Positions 1 through 9,505 of a DNA stretch of 46,739 nt are shown here, piece after piece (position 1 is the stretch's first letter; each line of letters opens with the position of its first letter). The translations under genes and the position numbers were made by a program. Source of the DNA: Methanocella sp. (GTDB lineage: Archaea > Thermoproteota > Bathyarchaeia > Bathyarchaeales > Bathycorpusculaceae); contig JBLNCY010000038.1 in the NCBI GenBank assembly GCA_050261115.1, forward strand, positions 1 through 46,739. Reading direction: 5' to 3'. The notes under the pieces were generated by a model. The model searched no databases and had not been told where the DNA came from. It was given only the letters and a program-made list of their open reading frames with translations.

Positions 1-5
1 ATGCA

Positions 6-827
6 ATGAACATGCGTAAGGCTTGGTTAGTATTCAAGAAGGATTGGACTGAGATTAAACGTAACTGGCAAGTGGTGCTGCCGATAATCCTTGTGCCGCT
101 CATTTTCTCGGTGGTTTTACCGGCGATAATCATTGGCATTTCGGGGGCACCCGTCGAGGATACCTCAAGCGGCGGCTTCGAAGCCTTAATCAACCTACTG
201 CCTGCTGATGTTCAGGCGCAGCTTGCCCAGTTTAGTCCAAACCAGGTTGTAGTGTACATTATGGTGCTGTACTTCTTTGCCCCCTTCTTCCTAATTATCC
301 CCATAATGGCTTCAAGCGTGATTGGCTCTGACAGCTTTGCCGGGGAGCGCGAGCGCAAAACCATCGAGGCCCTCCTTGCCACACCGATCTCCGACAGCGA
401 ATTGCTCATGGGAAAAATCCTCGTCAGCTTCCTCCCCGCCATGCTAGTCACCTTTGTAGCCTTCGGCCTCTACACCGCACTTGTGGACGCGTTAACCTAC
501 ACAATGTTCAACGGCATGCTACTGCTACCCAATCTTAATTTCCTAATAATGATATTCGGTGTTGCGCCAACTCTTGCGCTCTGCGCCATCGGCTTAACGG
601 TCATAATATCCGCTAAAGTCAAAGGCTTCCGCGAGGCACAGCAAATCAGCGTCTTGTTGTTGCTGCCTGTCTTGGCGTTGGTTTTTGCGCAGATTTCAGG
701 CGTACTCATCCTAGGGCCCCTGGTGCTGGCGTTGGTGATTGGGTTGCTGGCTGCAGCTGACGTAGTGGTGTTCTATGTGGGGACGCAGATATTCCAGCGG
801 GAAGAAATCCTCTCCAAACCCAACTAA
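6..827 (+). CDS. ABC-2 type exporter permease subunit
   Basis: Multi-TM protein with the 'SFAGERERKTIEALLATPISDSELLMGK' signature typical of ABC-2 permeases. Confidence 0.85.
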   Translation: MNMRKAWLVFKKDWTEIKRNWQVVLPIILVPLIFSVVLPAIIIGISGAPVEDTSSGGFEALINLLPADVQAQLAQFSPNQVVVYIMVLYFFAPFFLIIPIMASSVIGSDSFAGERERKTIEALLATPISDSELLMGKILVSFLPAMLVTFVAFGLYTALVDALTYTMFNGMLLLPNLNFLIMIFGVAPTLALCAIGLTVIISAKVKGFREAQQISVLLLLPVLALVFAQISGVLILGPLVLALVIGLLAAADVVVFYVGTQIFQREEILSKPN

Positions 828-915
828 CCCACAACGCGGCGCAACCGTTTCTCTTTTCTTTTTAACGTATTTAGTGCCTTGCTCTTTGATTTAGCGGCGT
901 TCTCTCTTGCGGATG

Positions 916-1905
916 CTATTCCGAGTGCACTTTAAGCCAATCAACAGTAGCTCTTGCAGCATCCATGTCTAGATGGGTGTCTGCTGCGTTGTAACGTAGC
1001 TCCCTTTGTGCCGTTAGCTGCTCTCTTGGTGTGGCCTCGTATTTTAAGACGTGGTTAGCGTTTTCGGGGTAAACAAACGTAGCGTCTGGGTTGTTGGCGG
1101 TTGCAGCTTCGAGTGCTTTGCCATCCTCTTGATAGTTGACCTGTATGTCTTTTTTGCCGATAACCACCAGAATCGGAACGTCAACGGCGCTTATGGTTTT
1201 GGCGGGATCATAGCTCCATAGCTCTCTGCTAAATGGCAGGTTCACTGGAAAAGATAAGCTCAGTAGCACTTGCTGCATCAACTCTGGAAGCGTGGGGTCG
1301 GGTGTGATGAGTTTTTCTGCCAAAAAATCAGCGATGGCATAGTCGTATTTTTCCAATATTTCTTTGCTGTTGGGCAGATCTTTTATTTGTGCGTATATTT
1401 GGCTTCGTGCTACGGTGCCGATTGCGCGTCCAGGCGCACCTGTTAGTACCAGCCCTCTTAGCTTGGGTGTTTTGGCTTGGAGTTGGTAGTTTATGGCGTG
1501 AATGGCGCCCTCGCTGTTGGTTAACGCAAAAATGCAGTGCTCAGCAACTAGCCGCAGCCCGACAAGAGTCTTGACTGCTCCTGAGAGTTCTTCTAGGTGG
1601 CTTTGCATGCTTATTCTGCCTGTCAGTTTTGCTGCGTTTTCTTGTGCGTTTGGTCCTGACGCGGCTTTATCGTATCGGAGAGTAACAAATCCCTCATAAG
1701 CTAACAGTTCAGCTAATAGTTTGGCGCTGCCATTTGAGCCCAAAAGAAGGGGCGAGCACCAGTCACGATCTGTGGGGCCGCTGCCGGCTACAAACACGAC
1801 GCCGCAATGCATCTTCTCCTCAGAGTAAGTCAGGGTGCCCTTGATTGTTATGCCGTTAGCTACCCATGAGACCTCTTTATTCACTATCGACTTAGTTTCA
1901 ACCAC
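916..1905 (-). CDS. Alpha/beta-hydrolase fold protein
   Basis: 'AGSGPTDRD' motif, 'LRYDK', nucleophile elbow 'TNSEG', Asp in 'GKKDIQV', His in 'ANHVLK'. Confidence 0.8.
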   Translation of the reverse strand: MVETKSIVNKEVSWVANGITIKGTLTYSEEKMHCGVVFVAGSGPTDRDWCSPLLLGSNGSAKLLAELLAYEGFVTLRYDKAASGPNAQENAAKLTGRISMQSHLEELSGAVKTLVGLRLVAEHCIFALTNSEGAIHAINYQLQAKTPKLRGLVLTGAPGRAIGTVARSQIYAQIKDLPNSKEILEKYDYAIADFLAEKLITPDPTLPELMQQVLLSLSFPVNLPFSRELWSYDPAKTISAVDVPILVVIGKKDIQVNYQEDGKALEAATANNPDATFVYPENANHVLKYEATPREQLTAQRELRYNAADTHLDMDAARATVDWLKVHSE

Positions 1906-1952
1906 AATACCACAACATATAGTGATAAATTACTAAATCAAAAATAAGATGT

Positions 1953-2771
1953 TTAGAAGGGAATTCGGGAGCCATCAAAGCCGATCTTTGAAATCCCTAA
2001 CTCGTCCTTCATTTCCCGCAGTTGGGCGGCGTTAAAGACGGGGCCATCACGGCAAACACGGTACTTACCGATGACACAGCTGCCGCATAAGCCGATGCCG
2101 CACCGCATAAGCCGCTCCAAGCTTGCCTCGACGGGGAGCTTTCGGGCTTCTGTTAACTCAAAGATTTTCTTAACCATGACTTCTGGACCGCAAACATAAA
2201 TCATGTCAAACCGCTCTCTATCCAGCAAACTGGCTAGCGGTTCTGTCACAAGGCACTGTAACCCAGCGGTGCCGTCATCGGTAGTGGTTATGATGTTTTT
2301 CTCTTGGCAGATTCCGCCTATTTCCCGTACAAATAGTAACTCAGAAGCCGTTTTTGCGCCTTCAACAAATGATAGGCGTTCGGTTTTGGTGGCTAGTTGC
2401 TTGGCAAGGAAGAGTAAGGGTGCCGTGCCGGTTCCTCCTCCGATCAGTAAGACTTTGCCTCGGCTTTCGGTGAAACTGTTTCCGAAGGGTCCTCGTACGC
2501 CTATAGTGGAACCAGGCGCTAAGCTATGAAGGTGCCGTGTGGCGTCGCCGACTGCTTTCACTGTTACTGACACAAGACCGTCTGAGGCATCCATGATGCT
2601 TAGGGGGATCTCGTCTACTCCGGGAATCCACAGCATCAAAAACTGTCCCGGCTTAGCTTTGCTGCACAATTTATCGGTGAACACAAAGGTTTTAGTCGAG
2701 GGGCTCTCTGTGCGTATCTGCACGATTTGGGTAGTTCTAAGTTGATTATTTACGGTGGGCAAGTCCGACAA
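1953..2771 (-). CDS. pyrK: Dihydroorotate dehydrogenase electron transfer subunit
   Basis: 'PGQFLMLW', 'RGPFGN', 'GGGTGTAP', 'VCGPEVM' and 2Fe-2S motif 'MRCGIGLCGSC...VCRDGPVF'; overlaps pyrD, exact start uncertain. Confidence 0.93.
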   Translation of the reverse strand: MSDLPTVNNQLRTTQIVQIRTESPSTKTFVFTDKLCSKAKPGQFLMLWIPGVDEIPLSIMDASDGLVSVTVKAVGDATRHLHSLAPGSTIGVRGPFGNSFTESRGKVLLIGGGTGTAPLLFLAKQLATKTERLSFVEGAKTASELLFVREIGGICQEKNIITTTDDGTAGLQCLVTEPLASLLDRERFDMIYVCGPEVMVKKIFELTEARKLPVEASLERLMRCGIGLCGSCVIGKYRVCRDGPVFNAAQLREMKDELGISKIGFDGSRIPF

Positions 2772-3681
2772 TATCTTTCACACTCCGAGCGTTTTTCTTT
2801 CTCAAATAGTTCTCTATTCCCTTGGTGACTGAACGGAATACTTCAATGTCACCTGCAACGGCTGTGCCAATTTGAACCGCCGAGGCACCAGCCAAAAAGA
2901 ATTCAACAGCATCTTTCCAGTTAGAGACCCCACCACAACCTATGATGGGTACCTCAAACTGGTCTGCGATGTCATATACGCAACGCAGTGCAACTGGCTT
3001 CATGCATGCGCCGGATAAGCCGCCTTTGATGTTAGCCAAAATAGGCATCTGGGTATCAACGTCAATGGCTATGGCCCTTAGCGTATTTACGGCAGTCAAC
3101 GCATCTGCACCGGCTTCGATGGCTGCCTGAGCCAAAACCGAGATGTCGGTGACATTAGGCGATAATTTGACGATTAAGGGTTTGTCCATTGCAGCTTTTA
3201 CCTGCTGCACTACTTCTGCTAAGAGTTTGGGGCTTTGACCAATCTCTGCACCCGTCTGTTTAACATGCGGACAGGAGACGTTTAGCTCAATCGCGTCTGC
3301 GCCTGCTTCAGCCGCTTTCTTTGACACAGCAGCATAATCCTCGGCAGTATAACCAAAGACGCTAACAATCAGTGGAACGCGTAGGATGGTTTTTGAGAAC
3401 TTGATTTCTTCGCTAAAAACCGTTATTCCAGGGTTCGGGAGTCCCATGGCGTTGATTAATCCTGATTCCGCTTGAACTACGGTAGGATTCACATAGCCAA
3501 TTCGGGGTTGTGACCCGACGGATTTTGTGACTATGGCGCCTGCGCCGCTTTTTGCGATGCGTTGAAAGGACTCTGCAGAGTAACCCATGACGCCTGATGC
3601 TAGCATCGTGGGGTTAGGTAATTGTAGACCTGCAAAGCTTATGCTTAGCGCGTTACTTTCCAAATTAAATTTCACCGTCAA
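2746..3681 (-). CDS. pyrD: Dihydroorotate dehydrogenase family 1B, catalytic subunit
   Basis: 'NPTMLASG', 'INAMGLPNPG', 'ELNVSCPH', 'VKLSPN', 'GGLSG', 'VQIGT'; paired with pyrK. Confidence 0.95.
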   Translation of the reverse strand: MTVKFNLESNALSISFAGLQLPNPTMLASGVMGYSAESFQRIAKSGAGAIVTKSVGSQPRIGYVNPTVVQAESGLINAMGLPNPGITVFSEEIKFSKTILRVPLIVSVFGYTAEDYAAVSKKAAEAGADAIELNVSCPHVKQTGAEIGQSPKLLAEVVQQVKAAMDKPLIVKLSPNVTDISVLAQAAIEAGADALTAVNTLRAIAIDVDTQMPILANIKGGLSGACMKPVALRCVYDIADQFEVPIIGCGGVSNWKDAVEFFLAGASAVQIGTAVAGDIEVFRSVTKGIENYLRKKNARSVKDIVGLAHRK

Positions 3682-3797
3682 TCTAGGTACTGTGTTTAGA
3701 AAGATAAAGGTTCGTTTGCTGAAGTTGGTTGTGTTGGTTAGTTAGCGCTTTTTGTGTTAATCTTTTGGTGGTTTGGTTTAGGTGTGGGTTTGGTTAC

Positions 3798-3834
3798 AAA
3801 AAAAGAAAACAGGGATATAGTTTGGCACTATATC
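3798..3834 (-). terminator. Hairpin plus T-tract terminator of the mini-gene
   Basis: 8-bp inverted repeat gatatagt(3814-3821)/actatatc(3827-3834), followed on the minus strand by TTTTCTTTTTTT (A-run 3798-3809). Confidence 0.6.
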
Positions 3835-3837
3835 TGC

Positions 3838-3888
3838 TTATTTCTTCTTTTTGGCTGATTTTGCTGCTTTTTTCGCGGCCTTCGGCAA
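3838..3888 (-). CDS. Putative 16-aa Lys/Ala-rich micropeptide MPKAAKKAAKSAKKKK
   Basis: TTG start, TAA stop, GAGGT RBS 7 nt upstream (3896-3900), TATA box TTTAAATA at 3925-3932 and terminator just downstream. Confidence 0.6.
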   Translation of the reverse strand: MPKAAKKAAKSAKKKK

Positions 3889-3924
3889 GATATTAACCTC
3901 AAACGTAGCATAGACCCTATTTTA

Positions 3925-3932
3925 TATTTAAA
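3925..3932 (-). promoter_or_regulatory. TATA box of the mini-gene
   Basis: TTTAAATA on the minus strand, about 24 nt upstream of the GAGGT RBS. Confidence 0.55.
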
Positions 3933-4073
3933 ATTTATCAATCGTTAAGGCGCCTGCCCCAACCAACAAATAAGCTCAAAAATAACATCTAAAGCTAAAA
4001 TAGGCAAGAAATCGAGCCTTAACAACCAATATAAATGGGGAATTTTCAGTTTATACAAGAAAATGTATAAAAA

Positions 4074-5624
4074 CTAAAATAGATTAGCGTCCTGAAGATA
4101 ACCCTTCCCCGTCCGCAACGCAACCTCAGCCTTCGCCAACTCCATCCCCAAATAAGCCGCATGACCCAACTGCGACACCAATCCACGCCGCAAAACCTCA
4201 CCCATAACTTCCTCAGCTCCCCGACCACAAATTGCACACGACACCTCTTTCGACTCACTCGACTCATAATAGAGCGCTACTATAGAACCCGCTTCTCGAT
4301 CAACCGCCACACGGAAAACCCCACAAGGATCCAACTCCACTAAAGCGGAACTCTGCTTTTTTGCTGCAATCACTTTCGCTTTATCAAAGTCATAATTTAG
4401 CTCTCGTTCTGCTCTATCTTTTAGAATTAGTAAATCCAAGCCTAAGTCGCGGGGCACCGAATCACGCTTTTTAGCCAAGTACATCATCTTAGACGCAGTC
4501 GCGACTTCATGGACTGAGCCGAAGGCTTTCGGCGTCTTTTCTGTGGTTAACAAAATGTCCACGTTAACTTCCGAGGATAGCCAAGATAGTAAGGCGTTAA
4601 GCCCGACAGAGTCGGCATCAAACAACTCTACAAGGTTGGCGATGCCTATCAGCAGGGGCACGTCGGGGTTTCTTCGGTTAAACTCTTGGAAAGCAACAAA
4701 CGAATCTAGCGTATGAGGCGGCTCCAGGACCAAGTCGCCAATGACTTTTCTAAAACCCAGTGCCTTTGCTTGGCCTATAAGGTGTTCAAGCATCTCAACG
4801 CGGGCTTTGGGGTTTTGGGGGAAGATGCCTTTTTTCTGGTTAGTCGGAATTATAACCACTGCAGTGTCCTTTGCGAAGGGTGCAATGTCTTGGAGGTTTC
4901 CCTCATCTCCGCTCAGGATTAAGTCGGCACCGGCTTTTATGGCGGCTTCAATTTCCGCGGGATTTAGCGTGTCTATACTCACCGGCACTTCCACAACCGC
5001 TTTAACCGCCCTAACCGCGCGCTCTGCATCGTCGGGGCGGGTTTGCCCCGCACACATACCCACGTCGATGATGTTGGCACCCGAAGCTACATACCGTTTG
5101 GCTAAGCGCTTGATCGTCTCGTTGTCTAGGAGGGGTGCGTCCACGATTTCTGCTAATACGCGCATGGGAAGTTCTTTGCCGATGGTGAGGTTGCCGATTT
5201 TGAGGTGCCCTGGGTTTTTGAGGAGTTCTTGGCTTTGTGCTTCGGCTTTTTCTAGCTGCTTTAGTGCTTTTTGTTGGATTTTTTCTTGTAGTAGGTCGCA
5301 TGCGGGGGTGACTGTTGATAGTTCTACTTCGTTTAGGTTGTCTAGGATGATGGGGAGGTCGGCGGCGTAGCGTGGGCCTTTGAAGGCGGGTATTCCTGTG
5401 GCTTGGGTTATGCTTTGGGTGTCGCCGGGCATTTGGCCGGGGGTTAGGATGATGGTGATGTCTTTGAGGTTTTGTTTTTTGAGGGCTTGACTAATGAGGG
5501 CGGGGGTTAGGAAGGCGGCGACTTGGACGTTTAGGGCTAGGGTTTGGGTGGGGGTGCTTGATTGTTGGGCGTATTGTTTTACTGTGTTTTGGGCGAGTGT
5601 TCCTGTGATGAGGAGTGCTTTCAT
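4074..5624 (-). CDS. Archaeal dihydropteroate synthase-like protein (MJ0107-type, DUF4346-like C-terminus)
   Basis: 'LLITGTLA', 'VAAFLTP', 'RVLAEIVDAP', 'GANIIDVG', 'PVSIDT', 'NLVELFDADSVG', C-terminal 'HAAYLGMELAKAEVAL...YLQD'. Confidence 0.85.
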   Translation of the reverse strand: MKALLITGTLAQNTVKQYAQQSSTPTQTLALNVQVAAFLTPALISQALKKQNLKDITIILTPGQMPGDTQSITQATGIPAFKGPRYAADLPIILDNLNEVELSTVTPACDLLQEKIQQKALKQLEKAEAQSQELLKNPGHLKIGNLTIGKELPMRVLAEIVDAPLLDNETIKRLAKRYVASGANIIDVGMCAGQTRPDDAERAVRAVKAVVEVPVSIDTLNPAEIEAAIKAGADLILSGDEGNLQDIAPFAKDTAVVIIPTNQKKGIFPQNPKARVEMLEHLIGQAKALGFRKVIGDLVLEPPHTLDSFVAFQEFNRRNPDVPLLIGIANLVELFDADSVGLNALLSWLSSEVNVDILLTTEKTPKAFGSVHEVATASKMMYLAKKRDSVPRDLGLDLLILKDRAERELNYDFDKAKVIAAKKQSSALVELDPCGVFRVAVDREAGSIVALYYESSESKEVSCAICGRGAEEVMGEVLRRGLVSQLGHAAYLGMELAKAEVALRTGKGYLQDANLF

Positions 5625-5770
5625 GGGTGATCGATTGGTTTAGTGTTGGCTGGGGGTGATATGTGTAGCGGTTACTTGTGTAATTTTTGTTGGGCGAATT
5701 CTTTTATATGATGATGCTATGTAGAAATTTACATAACGATGAAGAATAATACAGGAGTTCAAATAGAAAA

Positions 5771-6583
5771 ATGAAAATCACCACCCAACAAGTCGCCCTA
5801 ATAGCCATATTCGCAGCACTATTCTACGTATTATCCCTAATCGCCCCCATAAGAATCCCAACTGGCATAGGCATGATAGAAATCAGCTTTGCCGCCATGA
5901 TCGCCACCGTCTTCGGATTAATCCTCGGTCCCTACCTCGGAGCCGCCGCAGCCCTCTTAGGTTCCTCAGTAACCTGGGCATTAATGGGCATGTCCCCCTA
6001 CGGTGCACCCTTCATACTCGCACCCATGTTCAACGCCCTAATCGCCGGCTTAATCTTCTATAAGAAATGGAAATATGCCTTTGTGGTTTTTGGAGTTATG
6101 ATTTTTGCCTTCCTGTTTACGCCGCCCGTGAGTCCCATTACTGGGCAGACGGTGCTTGCGGGAGTCGCAGTTGACCACTGGTTTATGGCTGCCGCCACCG
6201 TCTTTGACAAAGTAATCGCGCTGCTACTGATTCTCCCCTTAGCGTTCTTCGGCAAGAAACTTTCAATCGCCTACGGAAGCGCCTTCTTTTTCATCTTAGG
6301 CTTCATTGGTAACGAAGCAGACAACATGTTCGGCACCCTCATGTACGTAACCCCGCCAGTCTATGAAGGCATCTTCGGCTTCTCATTGGAGGTTGTCCAG
6401 GTGGGGTTGCTTGCAAGCCCCTTCCTCTACCCAGCAGTCAGAATAATCCAAGCCTTAATTGCGATGTTGATTGCTGTTCCGCTGCTGCGTGTACTTCGGA
6501 ACTCCCGATGGCTATGGAGCGAAGACAACCTCTTTAGCCAAACCCCCACTTCTCCATCCTCCGCAACCTCAGCAGCGCAGTAA
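5771..6583 (+). CDS. ECF transporter S-component-like membrane protein
   Basis: 'ALIAIFAAL' start and 'GLILGPYLGAAAALLG' motif; hydrophobic throughout; longer than a typical S component. Confidence 0.6.
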   Translation: MKITTQQVALIAIFAALFYVLSLIAPIRIPTGIGMIEISFAAMIATVFGLILGPYLGAAAALLGSSVTWALMGMSPYGAPFILAPMFNALIAGLIFYKKWKYAFVVFGVMIFAFLFTPPVSPITGQTVLAGVAVDHWFMAAATVFDKVIALLLILPLAFFGKKLSIAYGSAFFFILGFIGNEADNMFGTLMYVTPPVYEGIFGFSLEVVQVGLLASPFLYPAVRIIQALIAMLIAVPLLRVLRNSRWLWSEDNLFSQTPTSPSSATSAAQ

Positions 6584-6659
6584 ACTTCCCCTCACTATTT
6601 TTGTAATGTTTTTAAGGGATTAGCTTCTCTAGTTCTTAGACGATTTTTGAGGATTTCCT

Positions 6660-8033
6660 TTGGCAGTTAAGGTTACGCTTGTTTATCCCTTTTTTCATCC
6701 TGCACATGACAATTCGATTTTCCGTTTTCCCCCTTTGGGCTTGGGTTACATAGCTGCGGTGCTCCGGCGCCACGGGGTTGAGGTGGAACTTGTCGATTGC
6801 ACCTTCCAAACGCCCCAGAGGGCTCTCCGCCGCATCGTCGCTTCCCAGCCCGATATAGTGGGCTTTTACTGCATGTTTTCGATGAAGAAAACCACCCATG
6901 AACTCGCCGGGGCTCTTCGCGATCAACTACCGGATGGTGTTGTTTTTGTTGTGGGGGGGCCGTTGCCGTCTTGGATGCCTGAGGGCTTTTTGGGTGCGTT
7001 TGATGTGGTGGTTGTGGGTGAAGGCGAACAAACCATAACCGAACTGGTAGCAGCCTTGGCAGAGAAAAAGCCGCTCTCACAAATCAAGGGCATAGTCTAC
7101 CGTCAAGGCGCACAGGTTATTCATACCCCGCCTAGAGCTTTCATAGCCGACCTCGACAGCATCCCCTTCCCCACACGGAGCCAATTTGACAACGACGCCT
7201 ACAAAGCATACTACCAACGCCGCTTCCACTACACCACGACATCGATGATTACTTCTCGGGGGTGCCCCTTTAGCTGCGACTTCTGCAGTCGCCCCATATT
7301 TGGCGCCGACATCCATACCCGCTCGGTGACAAATATTGTGGATGAGGTGGCTGAGATTGCTGGGTTGGGTTATGATCGGGTATGGTTTGCCGATGACTGC
7401 TTTACCCTCAACAGTCGGCATCTTTTGGCAGTGTGTGAAGAGTTGAGTCGGCGACGTTTAGATGTAGGCTGGGAATGCCTCTCACGGGTAGACACTATGA
7501 ATGGTGAAGTGGCAACGGCGATGAAGCACGCGGGCTGCGTGCGAGTGTTTTTTGGGATCGAGTCGGGGAATGATTCGGTGCTGGAGATTATGAATAAACG
7601 CATAAACACCTCACAGGCCGAGCACGCTGTGCGAGCCGCGAAAGCGGCGGGATTGCAAGCCGGCGCATTCTTCATCGTCGGCTACCCCGGTGAATCCGAC
7701 AAAACCGTGCTTGACACCATCCGCTTTGCCTCCAAGCTCCCCCTAGACTACCTCTCCTTCACACTGCCTTACCCGATTCCCGGAACCCCCCTCTACGAAC
7801 GCGTCAAAACCGGCGGCGTATCCATCGAGGACTGGGAAGAACCCAAAAACTATCACCTCATACGCCACAAACTTCTCTACACCGCAGGATTCAGCGAAGC
7901 CAAACTAAAATTCGCCATCCTCAAAGGACAAGCCCAACACTACGGACGACGACTCTTTGGCAGGAGCGTTTATGATCTGCTTGGGGCACCGTTTGAAGGG
8001 CTAACTGATTATGCCTTCAAACATATGAAATGA
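6660..8033 (+). CDS. B12-binding domain radical SAM protein
   Basis: 'PPLGLGYIAA', 'VVGGP', 'VVVGEGE', 'TSRGCPFSCDFC' (CxxxCxxC), 'FGIESG', 'PIPGTPLY'. Confidence 0.92.
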   Translation: MAVKVTLVYPFFHPAHDNSIFRFPPLGLGYIAAVLRRHGVEVELVDCTFQTPQRALRRIVASQPDIVGFYCMFSMKKTTHELAGALRDQLPDGVVFVVGGPLPSWMPEGFLGAFDVVVVGEGEQTITELVAALAEKKPLSQIKGIVYRQGAQVIHTPPRAFIADLDSIPFPTRSQFDNDAYKAYYQRRFHYTTTSMITSRGCPFSCDFCSRPIFGADIHTRSVTNIVDEVAEIAGLGYDRVWFADDCFTLNSRHLLAVCEELSRRRLDVGWECLSRVDTMNGEVATAMKHAGCVRVFFGIESGNDSVLEIMNKRINTSQAEHAVRAAKAAGLQAGAFFIVGYPGESDKTVLDTIRFASKLPLDYLSFTLPYPIPGTPLYERVKTGGVSIEDWEEPKNYHLIRHKLLYTAGFSEAKLKFAILKGQAQHYGRRLFGRSVYDLLGAPFEGLTDYAFKHMK

Positions 8034-8293
8034 ACTTGTAATGCTTTCCACTGTTGCAAACCCAAGAATGCAAAACCTCAATGCTTGGCGGTGGATTTAG
8101 CGGATGATGACGCCACTATGCATAACGAGAGATACTTCACCAAACTACTCATGAGCAACAGTTAGCGCTTATTCATTATCTAATATCTTGCAGAAGAGTC
8201 GAGATTCAGGTGTAGGCTTTGGCTGCTATTGTGCCTAAACACTCACATATGTTTAATTCTCATGCTCTCTCAAGAAAAAATGGAATGATTAGA

Positions 8294-9028
8294 ATGTCTA
8301 CAACAAATGTTCCATGGAGCGATGCCCACAAGAAAGAAGCTAGAGGCGCAAACGGTTTTGACTTAGGTGAAGTTCAGGATACAAGCACATACTATGTCCA
8401 TACACAGAAAGGTATAGGGAGCAAAACACAATACTATATTCCAAAGAAGTATTTCAAAAGCTACGATGGCAGGACTGTACGCTTTGATGTGAGCGAAGCT
8501 GAAGCCAATCGATTAACCGGAAGCAAATTCCCATCGGATGAGGAATATCGAGCTAAGTACGAGGCACCCCAAGCACGAGAAATGCAAGAAAAACCCAGTG
8601 TAGCCGCACCGACTACTAGAACGGAGACTGACATCATTGAAAGAATTCCTCTTATAAGTGAGCGCTTAGACGTTTCAAAACACACCCATGAGGAAGAAGT
8701 CACCATTACTAAAACACCCTACACAGAAACCCAAACCAAAGACATCCCAGTAACACACGAAGAAATCAGTATTGAAGAAACCAAGCCGAGTAGCACAAGA
8801 GTGTCCGAACCCAAAAGTGAGTGGAGGACTGAAACAATCAGAGTCCCAGTAAAGCATGAGGATGTCGATGTCTCTAAGACGGCTGAAGTAAGGGAGGAAG
8901 TGGTGGTTCATAAAAAACCGGTTACTGAAACCCGACACATCTCAGAGCAGGTTAGGAGCGAGAAATTCAGCGTTTCGGATAACACAAAAGCCACTCTTGA
9001 AGAGGAAAGAAAGAAGCGGCCTATGTAG
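8294..9028 (+). CDS. YsnF/AvaK (DUF2382) domain protein
   Basis: 'IPLISERLDVSK', 'IPVTHEEISIE', 'IRVPVKHEDVDVSK...VREEVVVHK...VRSEK'; ATG 8294 preferred over TTG 8219. Confidence 0.85.
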   Translation: MSTTNVPWSDAHKKEARGANGFDLGEVQDTSTYYVHTQKGIGSKTQYYIPKKYFKSYDGRTVRFDVSEAEANRLTGSKFPSDEEYRAKYEAPQAREMQEKPSVAAPTTRTETDIIERIPLISERLDVSKHTHEEEVTITKTPYTETQTKDIPVTHEEISIEETKPSSTRVSEPKSEWRTETIRVPVKHEDVDVSKTAEVREEVVVHKKPVTETRHISEQVRSEKFSVSDNTKATLEEERKKRPM

Positions 9029-9282
9029 GCGTCTATAAACTTTTCTTTTGGTGTATCAGCAGAGCTTTCCGAACTGGAGTGACGGACCCTTGCGGTCGCT
9101 CGCTCCCCACTTTTTATTGAATAAAATCCCTGGAGAAGTACCTTCTTCTGCAATTATTATAAGTCATAATTACTTGGAAATTTTGATATTCAATTAATTT
9201 ATTGATATAGCACCATTTTCATTTTTTAGAGATTGATAAATACTTTTAAGCGGTCGATTACAATATTCAATCGGTGAATTGT

Positions 9283-9469
9283 TTGGTAGCTCAATTTGAA
9301 GTTTTAAAGAACAACTCGAAAATTTTACTGGCGATTTAAAGCAGCGAACGGGGAAATAGTGTCTCATAGCGAAACATACGAGTCAAAACAGAGCGCTATT
9401 AAGGGCATAGAGTCGATAAAGAAGAATGCAGCCGACGCCCCAATCGAAGATTTGACAAATCAGCAATAA
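9283..9469 (+). pseudogene. Frameshifted YegP/DUF1508 family small protein
   Basis: GGTGA RBS and TTG 9283 give MVAQFEVLKNNSK; another frame from 9323 continues FYWRFKAANGEIVSHSETYESKQSAIKGIESIKKNAADAPIEDLTNQQ* (TAA 9467-9469). Confidence 0.8.
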
Positions 9470-9505
9470 CCCATCCCTCTTTTTATCAACAGAAATTTGC
9501 TTCCT

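Noticed and set aside
4741-5370. 209-aa plus-strand ORF
   Set aside because: Antisense shadow of the DHPS-like gene; no motifs
8104-8154. Possible box C/D sRNA starting at ATGATGA
   Set aside because: No canonical CTGA D box, unconvincing C'/D' boxes and no clear guide complementarity
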